Virus record (IMG/VR): IMGVR_UViG_3300042888_001055
Direction: 5' to 3' (one strand)
Source: a virus
DNA: 64,000 nt
Below are positions 20,636 through 30,710 of this stretch, piece after piece. Under the pieces are notes generated by a model that saw only the letters and a list, made by a program, of their open reading frames with translations, was not told where the DNA came from and did no database searches. Position 1 is the first letter of the stretch. Each line of letters opens with the position of its first letter. Position numbers and translations under genes: made by a program.

Positions 20636-21127
20636 ATGACAAAAAAATCCGAACTTTCCAAACTAATGCGTGAACCGCTACCAAGTATCGGTTATCAAAA
20701 ACGTCTAAGCTATCGAACCAATGAAGCTGAAGTAATAGAACTATATAAACTAATCAATAAAGCTTGTTTTAACAATAAACTAGACATGCCTGAATTTGAG
20801 GTTATTGGCCGTTGTAGAAAATACTGGGGTATGTGCTATGCTAGTTATGATATAGTTAAATACCGTAAAACCTATTGTAAAATACGTCTTATGGACAAGT
20901 GGTTCTGTAAACAATGGTTAATCACTACTCTAGCACATGAAATGGTACATCAATATCAATGGGATATTGACGGAGTAAAACGTGAACGTGAAGGTAAACA
21001 ACGTCTAATGAGTCATGGTCCTAGCTTCTATGAACATAGAGAAAGACTTGCTAAACACGGGATATCATTAAAAGTAGGTCATGGCCAAAAGCGTTGGCTT
21101 AAGCATCAAACTTTTGCTAAATGCTAA
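20636..21127 (+). CDS. SprT-like Zn metalloprotease
   Basis: TLAHEMVH plus HGPSF. Confidence 0.85.
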   Translation: MTKKSELSKLMREPLPSIGYQKRLSYRTNEAEVIELYKLINKACFNNKLDMPEFEVIGRCRKYWGMCYASYDIVKYRKTYCKIRLMDKWFCKQWLITTLAHEMVHQYQWDIDGVKREREGKQRLMSHGPSFYEHRERLAKHGISLKVGHGQKRWLKHQTFAKC

Positions 21128-22201
21128 TTACTTGATATTTGGATTATCTACTACGTTACCGTACTGATCTACCAAGATAACGTCTTTTGTACCCTTCTTA
21201 CCGATACCACGTGATAATGTTACACCTAATGGACGAATGCCCGCAACACCCAATGTTCCGCCATTGCGTGTGCTGTCATTACGCAGTAACCAAACCATTA
21301 AATGACTTTCTGGAATCTCTGAAGCATTAGTAATAACCGCGTGGCAATCAATAGTTACTGTAGGACCGTCTTGTACAAAATGCTCTGGCTTAAACGTTTG
21401 AACAACAATTCCGCCCTTAGGGTTTAAGTCATTACCGAACACAGCACTTAGTGCTTCTTCTTCAGTTGGCTCCATAACAATCTCTTTAGATAAAGCGTAT
21501 ACAGGAACTGACCCAGATCTGGTTTTTCTTTCGCCAATCTTTTTTAATTTAACTAAACCTTCTTTAACTAGTTTGTCAAGAATAACACGGGCCCTTGAAC
21601 CAATCATAGTATCAGCACTTTCCCACATATCAGCATTAAGTTTTTTAATACTAATAGGTAGACTACCTTTATCACTAGACAACACAACGTCAGCTTTTTT
21701 TCTATCTGCGGTGTCACGACCCTTAACGTCAACGTTTGTACAATTTTTAATAGTCATTTTCTTACCACGTGGATCAACAAATGTAATGTTTGCCGTCGTA
21801 TATTTTTGAATCACAGATGCTATTAAACCAGCCATTTCTAATTCGTTACCAACACCTGCACTGTTGTTACCTTGTTTACCAATATCTTTAACAACAACTG
21901 ATACCGGACCATCATCAAACACAACCCCACCCAAACTACTCAGTCCCGGATCATTACTGAATGATACTTGATTTCCGTATACTTTCTTTAGTATTGTTAA
22001 TATTTCTTCTAACATAGACACACGGAACTCGTTTTCTTGTTGCCCAGAGGGAATCTGAACCAAAACGTTGATTTTATTACCGTTAACTTTGAAATCTTCA
22101 TACCCAGCTTTACGCAATGTCTGTTCCACATCGTGCTTGGTAACAGTTTTAATTTGGTCAACAGCTTCAACCAAAGTTCTTGTAAATTCAGTATATCTCA
22201 T
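21128..22201 (-). CDS. PD-(D/E)XK nuclease-like protein, probably virion-packaged
   Basis: GNELE, KADVV..PISIKK; N-terminus MRYTEF..LVE. Confidence 0.55.
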   Translation of the reverse strand: MRYTEFTRTLVEAVDQIKTVTKHDVEQTLRKAGYEDFKVNGNKINVLVQIPSGQQENEFRVSMLEEILTILKKVYGNQVSFSNDPGLSSLGGVVFDDGPVSVVVKDIGKQGNNSAGVGNELEMAGLIASVIQKYTTANITFVDPRGKKMTIKNCTNVDVKGRDTADRKKADVVLSSDKGSLPISIKKLNADMWESADTMIGSRARVILDKLVKEGLVKLKKIGERKTRSGSVPVYALSKEIVMEPTEEEALSAVFGNDLNPKGGIVVQTFKPEHFVQDGPTVTIDCHAVITNASEIPESHLMVWLLRNDSTRNGGTLGVAGIRPLGVTLSRGIGKKGTKDVILVDQYGNVVDNPNIK

Positions 22202-22286
22202 GTATAATATCTCAAATAGTTAATGAAGTGCTAATTATAGCACCATTCTGTATTTATCGCAAATATTTTTAAAAGAAGGAAACAAT

Positions 22287-22883
22287 ATGAGCTTAGTCCC
22301 AATGGTATTAGAACAAACAAGTAAAGGCGAACGTAGTTATGACATTTACAGCCGTCTACTAAAAGATCGTGTTATTTTACTTGAAGGTGAGGTGCATGAC
22401 CAAATGGCAAATCTAATCGTTGCTCAACTACTGTACTTAGAGAGTGAAGATTCAGATAAGGATATCAGCATCTATATCAATAGCCCGGGTGGCTCAGTAA
22501 CAGCTGGTATGGCAATCTATGATTGTATGCAATTCATTAGACCAGATGTTCAAACTATTGTTATGGGTCAGGCTTGTTCAATGGGAAGTTTACTAGGCCA
22601 AGCTGGTGCAAAAGGTAAACGTAGTATTCTACCCAATGCTCGGCATATGATTCATCAACCCTCAGGTGGTGCCCGTGGTCAGGCTACTGATATGGAGATT
22701 CAAGTTAAAGAAATACTAGCTATGAAGAAATCACTAACACAAATCTATGTTGACCACAATAGTGTAGGAAAGACATTTGAGGAGCTTGCAAAAGACATGG
22801 AACGTGACTTTTTTATGAGTGCAAGTGAGGCAGTAGCGTATGGCCTAGCAGATAATCTGTTGCAAAAACGCAACATGTCCTAA
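22287..22883 (+). CDS. clpP: Clp protease proteolytic subunit ClpP
   Basis: [27 protein letters not shown]. Confidence 0.97.
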   Translation: MSLVPMVLEQTSKGERSYDIYSRLLKDRVILLEGEVHDQMANLIVAQLLYLESEDSDKDISIYINSPGGSVTAGMAIYDCMQFIRPDVQTIVMGQACSMGSLLGQAGAKGKRSILPNARHMIHQPSGGARGQATDMEIQVKEILAMKKSLTQIYVDHNSVGKTFEELAKDMERDFFMSASEAVAYGLADNLLQKRNMS

Positions 22884-22946
22884 ATTTGACAATAAATCAT
22901 TTTGGGTCTATAATACAATCTTAGACAGTTAAATAAAGGACTACAA

Positions 22947-23213
22947 ATGACTAAGAAAATTTCTATCAAAGTATTCGGTGACCCTGGACACGCTTGGGCA
23001 CGTTTCCCCAAAGCACGACTGGTCAGTCTTGGTATCGCTGATAAAATCACCCCCTATAGTTATCAAAATGGTGCTAATGCTTTCCTTGAGGAAGACTGTG
23101 ACCTGTCAACACTAATGACGGCTCTTAAAGCTAAAGGGTATGAAGTTAAATTCAACGAAAGCTTTACCAATAAACAAAGCAAAATTCGTGGTTATTGCTC
23201 ATACCAAATTTGA
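22947..23213 (+). CDS. hypothetical early protein (DPGHAW/LEEDCD)
   Basis: own promoter module. Confidence 0.8.
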   Translation: MTKKISIKVFGDPGHAWARFPKARLVSLGIADKITPYSYQNGANAFLEEDCDLSTLMTALKAKGYEVKFNESFTNKQSKIRGYCSYQI

Positions 23214-23268
23214 CAATAAATGGTTTTGGGTATATAATAGAGTCTTATTCAGTCAAAAGGAGTTAGAA

Positions 23269-23556
23269 ATGAGTTTACGTTACGACACAATAGGTGAAAT
23301 GATTGCTACAAACGAGCAGGAAAAACGTCAAATCCGCATGTATGGTTGCACAGAAGACCAAATGCGTGAGGCTGTAGAACAAAGTAGTACTTTTTGCTTC
23401 TCAGGTCCTGCAATGATGGCCGCTAGTCTTATGTCTGATGCACAAGAAATGATTAATACCGAGTACGGTGACATTGACTATATGCGAGCCGAAGATGCCC
23501 GTCAAGCCCTCAATCGTGCTAAGTGGATCCTTTTTGAGTATTGCGACAAACGTTAA
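23269..23556 (+). CDS. hypothetical early protein (start moved to MSLRY)
   Basis: promoter module and AGGAG precede ATG 23269. Confidence 0.8.
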   Translation: MSLRYDTIGEMIATNEQEKRQIRMYGCTEDQMREAVEQSSTFCFSGPAMMAASLMSDAQEMINTEYGDIDYMRAEDARQALNRAKWILFEYCDKR

Positions 23557-23619
23557 AATTTGACAATAAATGGTTTTGGGTATATAATAGAATCTTAAAC
23601 AGTCAACTAAAGGACACAA

Positions 23620-23880
23620 ATGAAAGAAGTTACAGCAATCAAAGTTATCCAAAAAGATGCAGAGTTTTTGGGTATGGGTTTCTTGTCAATGATGAAATTC
23701 ATTGAAACTAACCCGTTAGCACAAACCGCAAAAACTTTGGAAGCATTCAAGGTTCTTAACCCATACTATGTTTTTCCTAAGAAAACGGTCAAAAACTTGA
23801 TGACCGGCAAGGAAATAGAGATTGATGCTGACACTCCACACTGTTGTAATCCTGCAACAGAGACTTACTGGTCAATGTAA
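23620..23880 (+). CDS. hypothetical early protein (TPHCCNPATETYWSM)
   Basis: own promoter module. Confidence 0.8.
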   Translation: MKEVTAIKVIQKDAEFLGMGFLSMMKFIETNPLAQTAKTLEAFKVLNPYYVFPKKTVKNLMTGKEIEIDADTPHCCNPATETYWSM

Positions 23881-23946
23881 AAATTTGACAATAAATGGGT
23901 ATTCTGCTATAATAGAATCTTAAACAGTAAAGAAAAGGACTAAAAA

Positions 23947-24219
23947 ATGCGTACAAAAACTATCATTGACGGATTCAAAAACTCACAAAAATTCCGTGTA
24001 ATTTTTAAAGGTGATGGAAGCGAAAACGATGTTGGTATGTATATGACTATCAAGCAAATGACGGAAATGTTTGCTACCAATACAGCCCGTACAGTTTGCT
24101 GGGATGCATTGATTAAATTGTCGTATTTGCGTTATGAAGCCAAACGTAAAAATGAGACGGTTCCTACAGGATTAGGTCATACTTTCCGCAACAAACAAGT
24201 CCAAGTTGACTTGGTGTAA
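23947..24219 (+). CDS. hypothetical early protein
   Basis: own promoter module. Confidence 0.8.
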   Translation: MRTKTIIDGFKNSQKFRVIFKGDGSENDVGMYMTIKQMTEMFATNTARTVCWDALIKLSYLRYEAKRKNETVPTGLGHTFRNKQVQVDLV

Positions 24220-24285
24220 AATTTGACAATAAATGGCATTTGTGCTATAATATATTCTTAGACAGTTAAATAAAGGAGTTTTAAA

Positions 24286-24564
24286 ATGGCTAGTCTTCAA
24301 ACAGTTTATTCACTTGGTCCTGGATTTATTTTGCAATTAAACCCGTTCAGTAATACATTGGATAAGAGGTCGAAACAATTCATGTTCAATGAAATGATGA
24401 CTGATCCAACTGCAACTTGGACTGGATCAGAAATTGTTGAAATGCGTGAACGGTCTTTACAGATGTGCGGTACTACATCCGACTCTCCCGAGATTCGTGC
24501 TACACGGGATTTTCATCAATATATGGTCCAAGAGGGTTGGATTATAGAGCGGCTTGAGGCTTGA
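24286..24564 (+). CDS. hypothetical early protein
   Basis: own promoter module. Confidence 0.8.
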   Translation: MASLQTVYSLGPGFILQLNPFSNTLDKRSKQFMFNEMMTDPTATWTGSEIVEMRERSLQMCGTTSDSPEIRATRDFHQYMVQEGWIIERLEA

Positions 24565-24623
24565 CAATAAATCACTTTGGGTATATAATAGAATCTTAGA
24601 CAGTTAAATAAAGGACTTAAAAA

Positions 24624-25115
24624 ATGGCTACTCGTTCTACAATCTCATTAGAATTCGCTGATGGTACTATCGGTCAGGTATACTGTCACTGGGATGGTTA
24701 CTTGGCTCACAACGGTAAGATGTTGATGGAATACTATTCTAATCCCTTCGTAATGCGGGACCTGATTGATTTAGGTGATATCTCTAGTTTGCGTCCAACG
24801 ATCGGTACAAAGCACCCATTCAGTCACTATGATATGGAAGACATGACATTGGTTGAATATTCTCATTTGTACAAAGACATGACTACATTCTATGGTCGTG
24901 ATCGTGGTGAAGTAGGTTGCGAGGCTCGCTATTACAATGATATCAATGATTATTTTAATAAGTGCGAACATCAGGAATATGACTATATCCTGCGCAACAT
25001 TGATGGCAAAGCTGTTTGGTTTGTTTGTGACCACGACGGAGCCTTTGTTACATTAGAGTCTGCAATTATGGACGAAGAAGATCGTATTGCACAAGATGAA
25101 ACAGAGGTAGCTTAA
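24624..25115 (+). CDS. hypothetical early protein (YCHWDGY)
   Basis: own promoter module. Confidence 0.8.
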   Translation: MATRSTISLEFADGTIGQVYCHWDGYLAHNGKMLMEYYSNPFVMRDLIDLGDISSLRPTIGTKHPFSHYDMEDMTLVEYSHLYKDMTTFYGRDRGEVGCEARYYNDINDYFNKCEHQEYDYILRNIDGKAVWFVCDHDGAFVTLESAIMDEEDRIAQDETEVA

Positions 25116-25116
25116 T

Positions 25117-25449
25117 ATGGAAGCAGTAGTAGAAACAACAGTTTGGAATGATAGCAACAATGCTAATCATACATACTTACTTGACGGGAGCAAAATGGTT
25201 GCATACATCAAGGTTGGTTCTACTACGCCTCAGTATTTCAAAAACCCGATCACAATAGACAAGCGTGGTCGTAAGTTTACTCCAGTAAAGCCAAATCCTT
25301 TCAAAGCAATTAAAGAAAAGAGTACAATCATTAAAGTGTCAGGTAGTAAAGGTAATGTTTACTCCATTGATACTGATGAAAAAACTTGTACATGCCCAGG
25401 ATATATGTATCGTGGTACATGTAAACATATAGCAGAATTAGTTAAATGA
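25117..25449 (+). CDS. SWIM zinc-finger protein
   Basis: CTCPG..YRGTCKH. Confidence 0.8.
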   Translation: MEAVVETTVWNDSNNANHTYLLDGSKMVAYIKVGSTTPQYFKNPITIDKRGRKFTPVKPNPFKAIKEKSTIIKVSGSKGNVYSIDTDEKTCTCPGYMYRGTCKHIAELVK

Positions 25450-26294
25450 AAATAGGAATTTGTTCGGATTTACATTTAGAGTTTGAAGATATTGACCTTA
25501 AGAACACTGGTGGTGCTGAGGTCCTTATCTTATCCGGTGATATTATGTTAGCAGAGGATTTACATAATCATCCACCAACAGTAATTAGCCCATATGAATC
25601 GTATACTGAATTAGGCACAAGACAAAAAGCCGCACAAAGATTTCGTGCTTTCCTCAGTAGAGTAAGCAATGAGTTTCCTCATGTTGTTTATATTGCAGGC
25701 AATCATGAATTCTATCACGGAAGATGGAAAGAAAGCATTAACCACTTACGTGCAGCCTGTGCAGTTTATCCTAATGTTTACTTCCTTGAGAATGATATTA
25801 AGGTTATCAATGAAGTGTCCTTTATTGGTGCTACATTGTGGACTGATTGTAATAAAGGTGATCCACTAACATTACATGCATTAGCTGACATGATGAATGA
25901 TTATCGGGTAATACGTAATGATGAACATGGATATTCTAAATTACGTCCAGCACATACTGTGTACCGTCATCAACAAACATTGAGTTATTTGAAACAAGTG
26001 TTGGTTGATTTAAAGGATCAAAAAGTTGTATTTGTAGGACATCATGCACCTAGCGCAATGAGTACACATGACAGATACAAGCATAATGTACATAGTATAA
26101 TGAATGGCGGATATCATAGTGAATTGAGTGAATTCATTTTAGATCATCCACAAATTACTTTATGGACTCATGGTCATATGCATGACCCATTTGATTATAA
26201 TATTGGCACTACCCGCGTGGTATGTAATCCTCGTGGTTACAAGGGTGCTGACCCTCAAGCAGATATGTTTGAGTTAAAGTTTTTGGACATCTAA
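25446..26294 (+). CDS. calcineurin-like metallophosphoesterase
   Basis: DLH, GD, GNHE, HHAP, HGHMH all intact. Confidence 0.9.
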   Translation: MKIGICSDLHLEFEDIDLKNTGGAEVLILSGDIMLAEDLHNHPPTVISPYESYTELGTRQKAAQRFRAFLSRVSNEFPHVVYIAGNHEFYHGRWKESINHLRAACAVYPNVYFLENDIKVINEVSFIGATLWTDCNKGDPLTLHALADMMNDYRVIRNDEHGYSKLRPAHTVYRHQQTLSYLKQVLVDLKDQKVVFVGHHAPSAMSTHDRYKHNVHSIMNGGYHSELSEFILDHPQITLWTHGHMHDPFDYNIGTTRVVCNPRGYKGADPQADMFELKFLDI

Positions 26295-26390
26295 ATTAAA
26301 CTAGGTGACCAAAAGATATTGTATGTAACAACTAGTTGTTATACAATAGTAACACGTTGTGAAAACAGCGATTTTTTAAAGGAAAATAAA

Positions 26391-26651
26391 ATGACATTAA
26401 CTAAACAAGCACGCCTTATTGAGGCATTTGAAAACGGCGCAGAAATGACTGCGAAGCAAATTACCCAACGTTTTGGATTTGCTAATCCAACAGCAACAGT
26501 AAGCGATTTGCGCTTGCGTAGCGGTTTGGCAATCTACGCTAACAAGCGTACAAACAAACTCGGTGGTACATACACTAAGTATCGTTTGGGTACCCCTAGT
26601 CGTGAAGTTGTAGCCGCTGGTTACAAGGCCTTGGCAATGGGTCTAGTTTAA
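26391..26651 (+). CDS. winged-helix DNA-binding protein
   Basis: MTAKQITQRFG.ANPTATVSDLR; AAGGA RBS. Confidence 0.65.
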   Translation: MTLTKQARLIEAFENGAEMTAKQITQRFGFANPTATVSDLRLRSGLAIYANKRTNKLGGTYTKYRLGTPSREVVAAGYKALAMGLV

Positions 26652-26672
26652 TCTCAAATTTGAGATGTAAAT

Positions 26673-26696
26673 AAAGGGTGATTCGTCACCCTTTTT
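26673..26696 (+). terminator. intrinsic terminator
   Basis: AAAGGGTGA-TTCG-TCACCCTTT-TT. Confidence 0.8.
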
Positions 26697-26760
26697 CTGC
26701 CTTTATACTTGTGTTTAATTCAGTTGTATGTTATAATAGTCAATCAGATAGGAGATAGTA

Positions 26761-27273
26761 ATGAGTTTATTTCACAAAGTAATGAATAAGTTAGGTCGTT
26801 ATCGTTTGATTCCTGATCGTAGGACAGGACTAGATTACATGCACCGCTATTATTTGTTTCTTAAAGACCGTAGTTGGTTCCCACTCAATGTTACATTACA
26901 TAAGATTGTACGTAGTGATGATCCTATATTTCATGACCATCCTTGGCCCTACATGACTATTGTATTGAAGGGTGGTTATTGGGAGCATACCCCTGTATTC
27001 AATGATGATGGTAAATTGCTTACAGAATTTCAAACATGGCGTGGGCCCGGTAGTATTATTAAACGTAATGCAGGTGATTATCATTGGCTTGAACTTGAAG
27101 GTGAAGAGCCAGCAACAACAATGTTCTTTATGGGACCACAGCAACGTGAATGGGGTTTCTTAGTAGAAGCTAAGAAAGGAATACATCGTTGGATTAAACA
27201 CGACCATTACTTAAATGATTGGAAACCCTATCATGAAAAATATGTAATGTCTAAAGCTAATAGGAAACAATAA
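26761..27273 (+). CDS. cupin-fold protein
   Basis: HDHPW..GGYWE..H motif. Confidence 0.65.
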   Translation: MSLFHKVMNKLGRYRLIPDRRTGLDYMHRYYLFLKDRSWFPLNVTLHKIVRSDDPIFHDHPWPYMTIVLKGGYWEHTPVFNDDGKLLTEFQTWRGPGSIIKRNAGDYHWLELEGEEPATTMFFMGPQQREWGFLVEAKKGIHRWIKHDHYLNDWKPYHEKYVMSKANRKQ

Positions 27274-27431
27274 TGATAATTAGTGTTTTTGCTACATTGT
27301 TTTTTGGTTACATATTAGCAACCAAAGATTATACTAATAGTCCTAAGTGGATGTACTACATGGATGGATTAGTTTTTGCAGTTAATTTTGCAATTGTTTT
27401 TTTACACTTAACCAATATGATCGGAATTTAA
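27273..27431 (+). CDS. 52-aa membrane protein (not in ORF track)
   Basis: TAATG-coupled both sides, two hydrophobic segments. Confidence 0.55.
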   Translation: MIISVFATLFFGYILATKDYTNSPKWMYYMDGLVFAVNFAIVFLHLTNMIGI

Positions 27432-27661
27432 TGTTTATCTCTCTTACAAATGCCAGTGACGCACACAAAGGCAATAAAATTGCAATCAATATTGATTTGA
27501 TTTCAACAGTATTCAATACACCTAATCTTGCTAAAAAAGAAGATGGTATAATTGAAAATATTACATATGTTTTTTGTCCTCCTCATGGTACATGGGAAGT
27601 ACAGGAATCATTAGATGAAGTGGTAGCTGAATTAAACAACTTTAGATGGAATAAAAAATGA
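27431..27661 (+). CDS. FlbD-like small protein
   Basis: ISLT..INIDLI..VQESLDEV pattern. Confidence 0.55.
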   Translation: MFISLTNASDAHKGNKIAINIDLISTVFNTPNLAKKEDGIIENITYVFCPPHGTWEVQESLDEVVAELNNFRWNKK

Positions 27662-27939
27662 ACGAAGATACAAGAGAAATTCTATTAATCTTACAAGAAG
27701 AATGTGCCGAAGTTACACAAGCTGTTAGCAAGTGTTTCAGGTTCGGTCCAGATCAAATGAAACCAAACAAACCAATGACTAATATCCAAATGCTTGAAGA
27801 AGAATTGGGTGACTTATTAGCTATGGTTGAATTGATTACTGAAAATAATATAGGTATTACAGTTGGTGGTTTAGATCAGGCCAAAAAGAATAAATTTAAG
27901 AAATTAAAGAAATGGTCTAACTTAACTATTAATAAATAA
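27658..27939 (+). CDS. MazG-like NTP pyrophosphohydrolase
   Basis: QEECAEV..EEELGDL. Confidence 0.75.
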   Translation: MNEDTREILLILQEECAEVTQAVSKCFRFGPDQMKPNKPMTNIQMLEEELGDLLAMVELITENNIGITVGGLDQAKKNKFKKLKKWSNLTINK

Positions 27940-27943
27940 TATT

Positions 27944-28267
27944 ATGACACTAATTGATATTATTCTAATCCTAGCTTTGGGATGGTTTATGGGTAAATTT
28001 CATACAATATATAAACTACATAAAAATCTACAATTAATGATTATTGAAGAACCAATCAAATCTAATGTTTATAAATTAGAAACAAGATTAGTAGATGATA
28101 TTATTTTGTTATATGACCGTGAATCAAACGATTTTATTTGCCAAGGTAATTCATTAGAACAACTAGCACAACTAAGTAAAGAATACAAGAAAATTGAATA
28201 TGCTTCAGTGAAGCACGGAGAACATTTTGTTGCATTTATTGAAGGCAAGGTAAATAAAGAAGTATGA
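27944..28267 (+). CDS. membrane-anchored hypothetical protein
   Basis: N-terminal TM; ATAAATA upstream. Confidence 0.7.
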   Translation: MTLIDIILILALGWFMGKFHTIYKLHKNLQLMIIEEPIKSNVYKLETRLVDDIILLYDRESNDFICQGNSLEQLAQLSKEYKKIEYASVKHGEHFVAFIEGKVNKEV

Positions 28268-28800
28268 AAATAAATATTGGCAACTACCCTAGAAAGGGTA
28301 ATCGCAGAAAAATCAATGTGCAAATTGATAGATTTGATACTTGGAGTACAGACCACACTCTAGCTACTATTATCTATCCGGCATTAATCCAACTAAAACA
28401 AACTAAACAAGGTATCCCTAGTGATTTTGTAGATGTTGGTGGTGAAGAATATAGCACACAACAAAGCTTTGATTTCTATATTGAATCACACGATGAGGCA
28501 TGGAATGAAGGTGCTAAACGTTGGGATGAAACATTAGATAAAATGATTTGGGCCTTTCAACAAATAGCATTTGAAGATTATGGTGACAAATATCATCATG
28601 GTAAAAGTGACTATGATTGGATTAAAACTGATAAAACATATCCCAATCCTATGACAGGTAAAGTAGAAGATACATTTCAAATGGTTGATAAGAATCCTGA
28701 TGACCATTGGTATGATGCTGAAGGGCATCAACTACATGAAGATCGTATCCAAGAAGGTTTGGATCTGTTTGGTAAATATTTTAGAGCACTCTGGGATTAA
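28264..28800 (+). CDS. hypothetical phage protein
   Basis: DTWSTDHTL..GLDLFGKYF.ALWD. Confidence 0.75.
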   Translation: MKINIGNYPRKGNRRKINVQIDRFDTWSTDHTLATIIYPALIQLKQTKQGIPSDFVDVGGEEYSTQQSFDFYIESHDEAWNEGAKRWDETLDKMIWAFQQIAFEDYGDKYHHGKSDYDWIKTDKTYPNPMTGKVEDTFQMVDKNPDDHWYDAEGHQLHEDRIQEGLDLFGKYFRALWD

Positions 28801-28801
28801 T

Positions 28802-29041
28802 ATGTTTGATAAAATGGCGCAACAACTAGATATACAAACTCTAAGTAAAGGCAAAAAAGATTTTAAGATTAGTAAACAACAATTTGATGATTTTTGCAAA
28901 GAGTTTCTGTTTGAGCAGATTAAAGGTGACTACAAACTGGGTGAAGCTTTTTGCAAAAAGTATGACGAACCAAACTATGTACTAAGTATACTAGCCGATC
29001 ATAGTGCAAAAGAACATATTAAAAAATTCTACGTTAAATGA
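28802..29041 (+). CDS. hypothetical protein
   Basis: start moved to MFDKM. Confidence 0.6.
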   Translation: MFDKMAQQLDIQTLSKGKKDFKISKQQFDDFCKEFLFEQIKGDYKLGEAFCKKYDEPNYVLSILADHSAKEHIKKFYVK

Positions 29042-29538
29042 AACAAAAGTTTATAGACTATTACATGGATATTGCTGACCTTACAAGCAAATTAAGTTCA
29101 GCAATCAGATTAAATGTAGGTGCTGTTATTGTTAAAGGTAACAAGATTCTAGGTACAGGATACAATGGTATGCCAACTGGATGGACTAACGAGTGTGAAT
29201 ACAAAGAATACATGCCCGGCGATGTTTGGGATGGACAATTATATCCACTAGAAGAATATGATAGTAATGTGGAAAGCAATCGTAGATATCGTTTAGTCAC
29301 TAAGGATGAGGTATTACATGCAGAAATGAATGCAATTGCTAAAGTGTCCGCAAGTACAGAATCTAGTGAGGATGCTACATTGTTTATTACACATGCACCT
29401 TGTATACATTGTGCAAAAGCTATCTATCAATCTGGTATTAAAAATGTGTTCTACCGTGAATCATATAGAGATACAAAAGGATTAGAATTTTTAGAACAAG
29501 GCAAAGTAAGTGTCACCAGATACCCAATACAAAACTAG
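29038..29538 (+). CDS. dCMP deaminase
   Basis: VGAVIV, GYNG, HAEMNAI, PCIHC. Confidence 0.92.
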   Translation: MKQKFIDYYMDIADLTSKLSSAIRLNVGAVIVKGNKILGTGYNGMPTGWTNECEYKEYMPGDVWDGQLYPLEEYDSNVESNRRYRLVTKDEVLHAEMNAIAKVSASTESSEDATLFITHAPCIHCAKAIYQSGIKNVFYRESYRDTKGLEFLEQGKVSVTRYPIQN

Positions 29539-29710
29539 AATAACAATTGGTTACGGAGAATTAAAACCTGTCATTGATTGGTGTCAACGTAATTGTGCCA
29601 ATGATTGGGGTTACGATTGTCAGATACCGGCAGGACGTGAGGGTGGATTATATGATTTCTATTTTGAAACAGAACCCGATTACATAAACTTTATACTTTG
29701 GAAAAAATGA
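29510..29710 (+). CDS. hypothetical protein
   Basis: ORF. Confidence 0.55.
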   Translation: MSPDTQYKTRITIGYGELKPVIDWCQRNCANDWGYDCQIPAGREGGLYDFYFETEPDYINFILWKK

Positions 29711-29976
29711 AATACTATACTTTTTACCGTGAAAACAATAACTTCACCGATATACTAACAGACAACAACATTAAAAAGGTTGTTGATATGAAAATATCAT
29801 GGCATAGACATTTAATGATTGGTTTGAAAGAAACTACTAATAGCGGAACATTTAGCTATATTACATTAAAGTACGGTGATGAGATGATACCTAGTTTGAC
29901 AAAAGACTATAGTCCAGTGCCAGGTGTTGATTATGTTCCTAAGAAAGATATCACTAAGTTTGGACCCAAAGATTAA
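29707..29976 (+). CDS. hypothetical protein
   Basis: ATGA-coupled ORF. Confidence 0.6.
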   Translation: MKYYTFYRENNNFTDILTDNNIKKVVDMKISWHRHLMIGLKETTNSGTFSYITLKYGDEMIPSLTKDYSPVPGVDYVPKKDITKFGPKD

Positions 29977-30710
29977 TAAAGCATAGATAGCATCTTTGCT
30001 TCTGGGATACGAGTTGTAGTATTCTTTGAACCCAACAGGACTACGGTCCTGATTCCATTTGCTGTATCCATCATCATAACAATACATCCACCTGCTTTAT
30101 TGATAAAGCCAGTTTTACTTACTAAGAATTTATAACCATTTCCTACTAGAGTATTAGTGTTTCTGAATTCTGCTGTTTTCTTCTTACCGATACTCCATCG
30201 TACAGCATCCATATTACTTGCTGTTACTATTAATGGATACGTACTTGCGGCAAATACTAATTTAATCAAATCATGTGCTGTACTAACGTTTGTATGTAAT
30301 CTACCTGTTGGATCAGTAAAAGTACTGTTATTCATTTGTAATGATGCCGCTTTATAATTCATAGCATCAATACATTTGTTATATCCACCTGGATAGTAAT
30401 CACATAACATTTTGGCAGCGTTATTATCCGATTTAACTATTGCCAAATCAATTAGTATTTCTCTTGTTAAATGTTTATTGTATAGTTTTTTTGGAATGAC
30501 TTCAGTTAGTGATTGTCCGCTGTCTAGTACAACCATAGCAGTCATTAGTTTAGTTATACTAGCAATGCTACGTATTTCAGACATATTAGAGCCTTCTAGT
30601 ATTTTACCATTACTATCAGCTACTAACCAAGCTTGGGCAGTAAAATTAGGATCGGCATATGCTGTGCCACATAGTGATAATACTATTATTGCTATAAGTT
30701 TTTTAATCAT
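29973..30710 (-). CDS. serine D-Ala-D-Ala peptidase (peptidase S11, PBP7/DacC-like)
   Basis: signal peptide, SITK, SDN, KTG. Confidence 0.92.
   Translation of the reverse strand: MIKKLIAIIVLSLCGTAYADPNFTAQAWLVADSNGKILEGSNMSEIRSIASITKLMTAMVVLDSGQSLTEVIPKKLYNKHLTREILIDLAIVKSDNNAAKMLCDYYPGGYNKCIDAMNYKAASLQMNNSTFTDPTGRLHTNVSTAHDLIKLVFAASTYPLIVTASNMDAVRWSIGKKKTAEFRNTNTLVGNGYKFLVSKTGFINKAGGCIVMMMDTANGIRTVVLLGSKNTTTRIPEAKMLSMLY

Larger units (their letters stand above)
22882..24623 (+). repeat. promoter+leader repeat, array 2 (6 copies; -35 at 22886, 23210, 23560, 23885, 24223, 24561)
   Basis: TTGACAATAAAT-11-TATAAT then TCTTA..CAGT..AAGGA. Confidence 0.92.

Noticed and set aside
15179-22883. Bacterial chromosome origin for the clp/dnaK/rpsU region
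   Set aside because: Gene order is non-bacterial, the genes sit behind TAAATA late-type promoters and are interleaved with phage-type ORFs at uniform composition.
22882-24623. Regularly spaced repeats as a CRISPR array
   Set aside because: Repeats are degenerate promoters and the intervals are 270-490 bp ORFs; no cas genes in the window.
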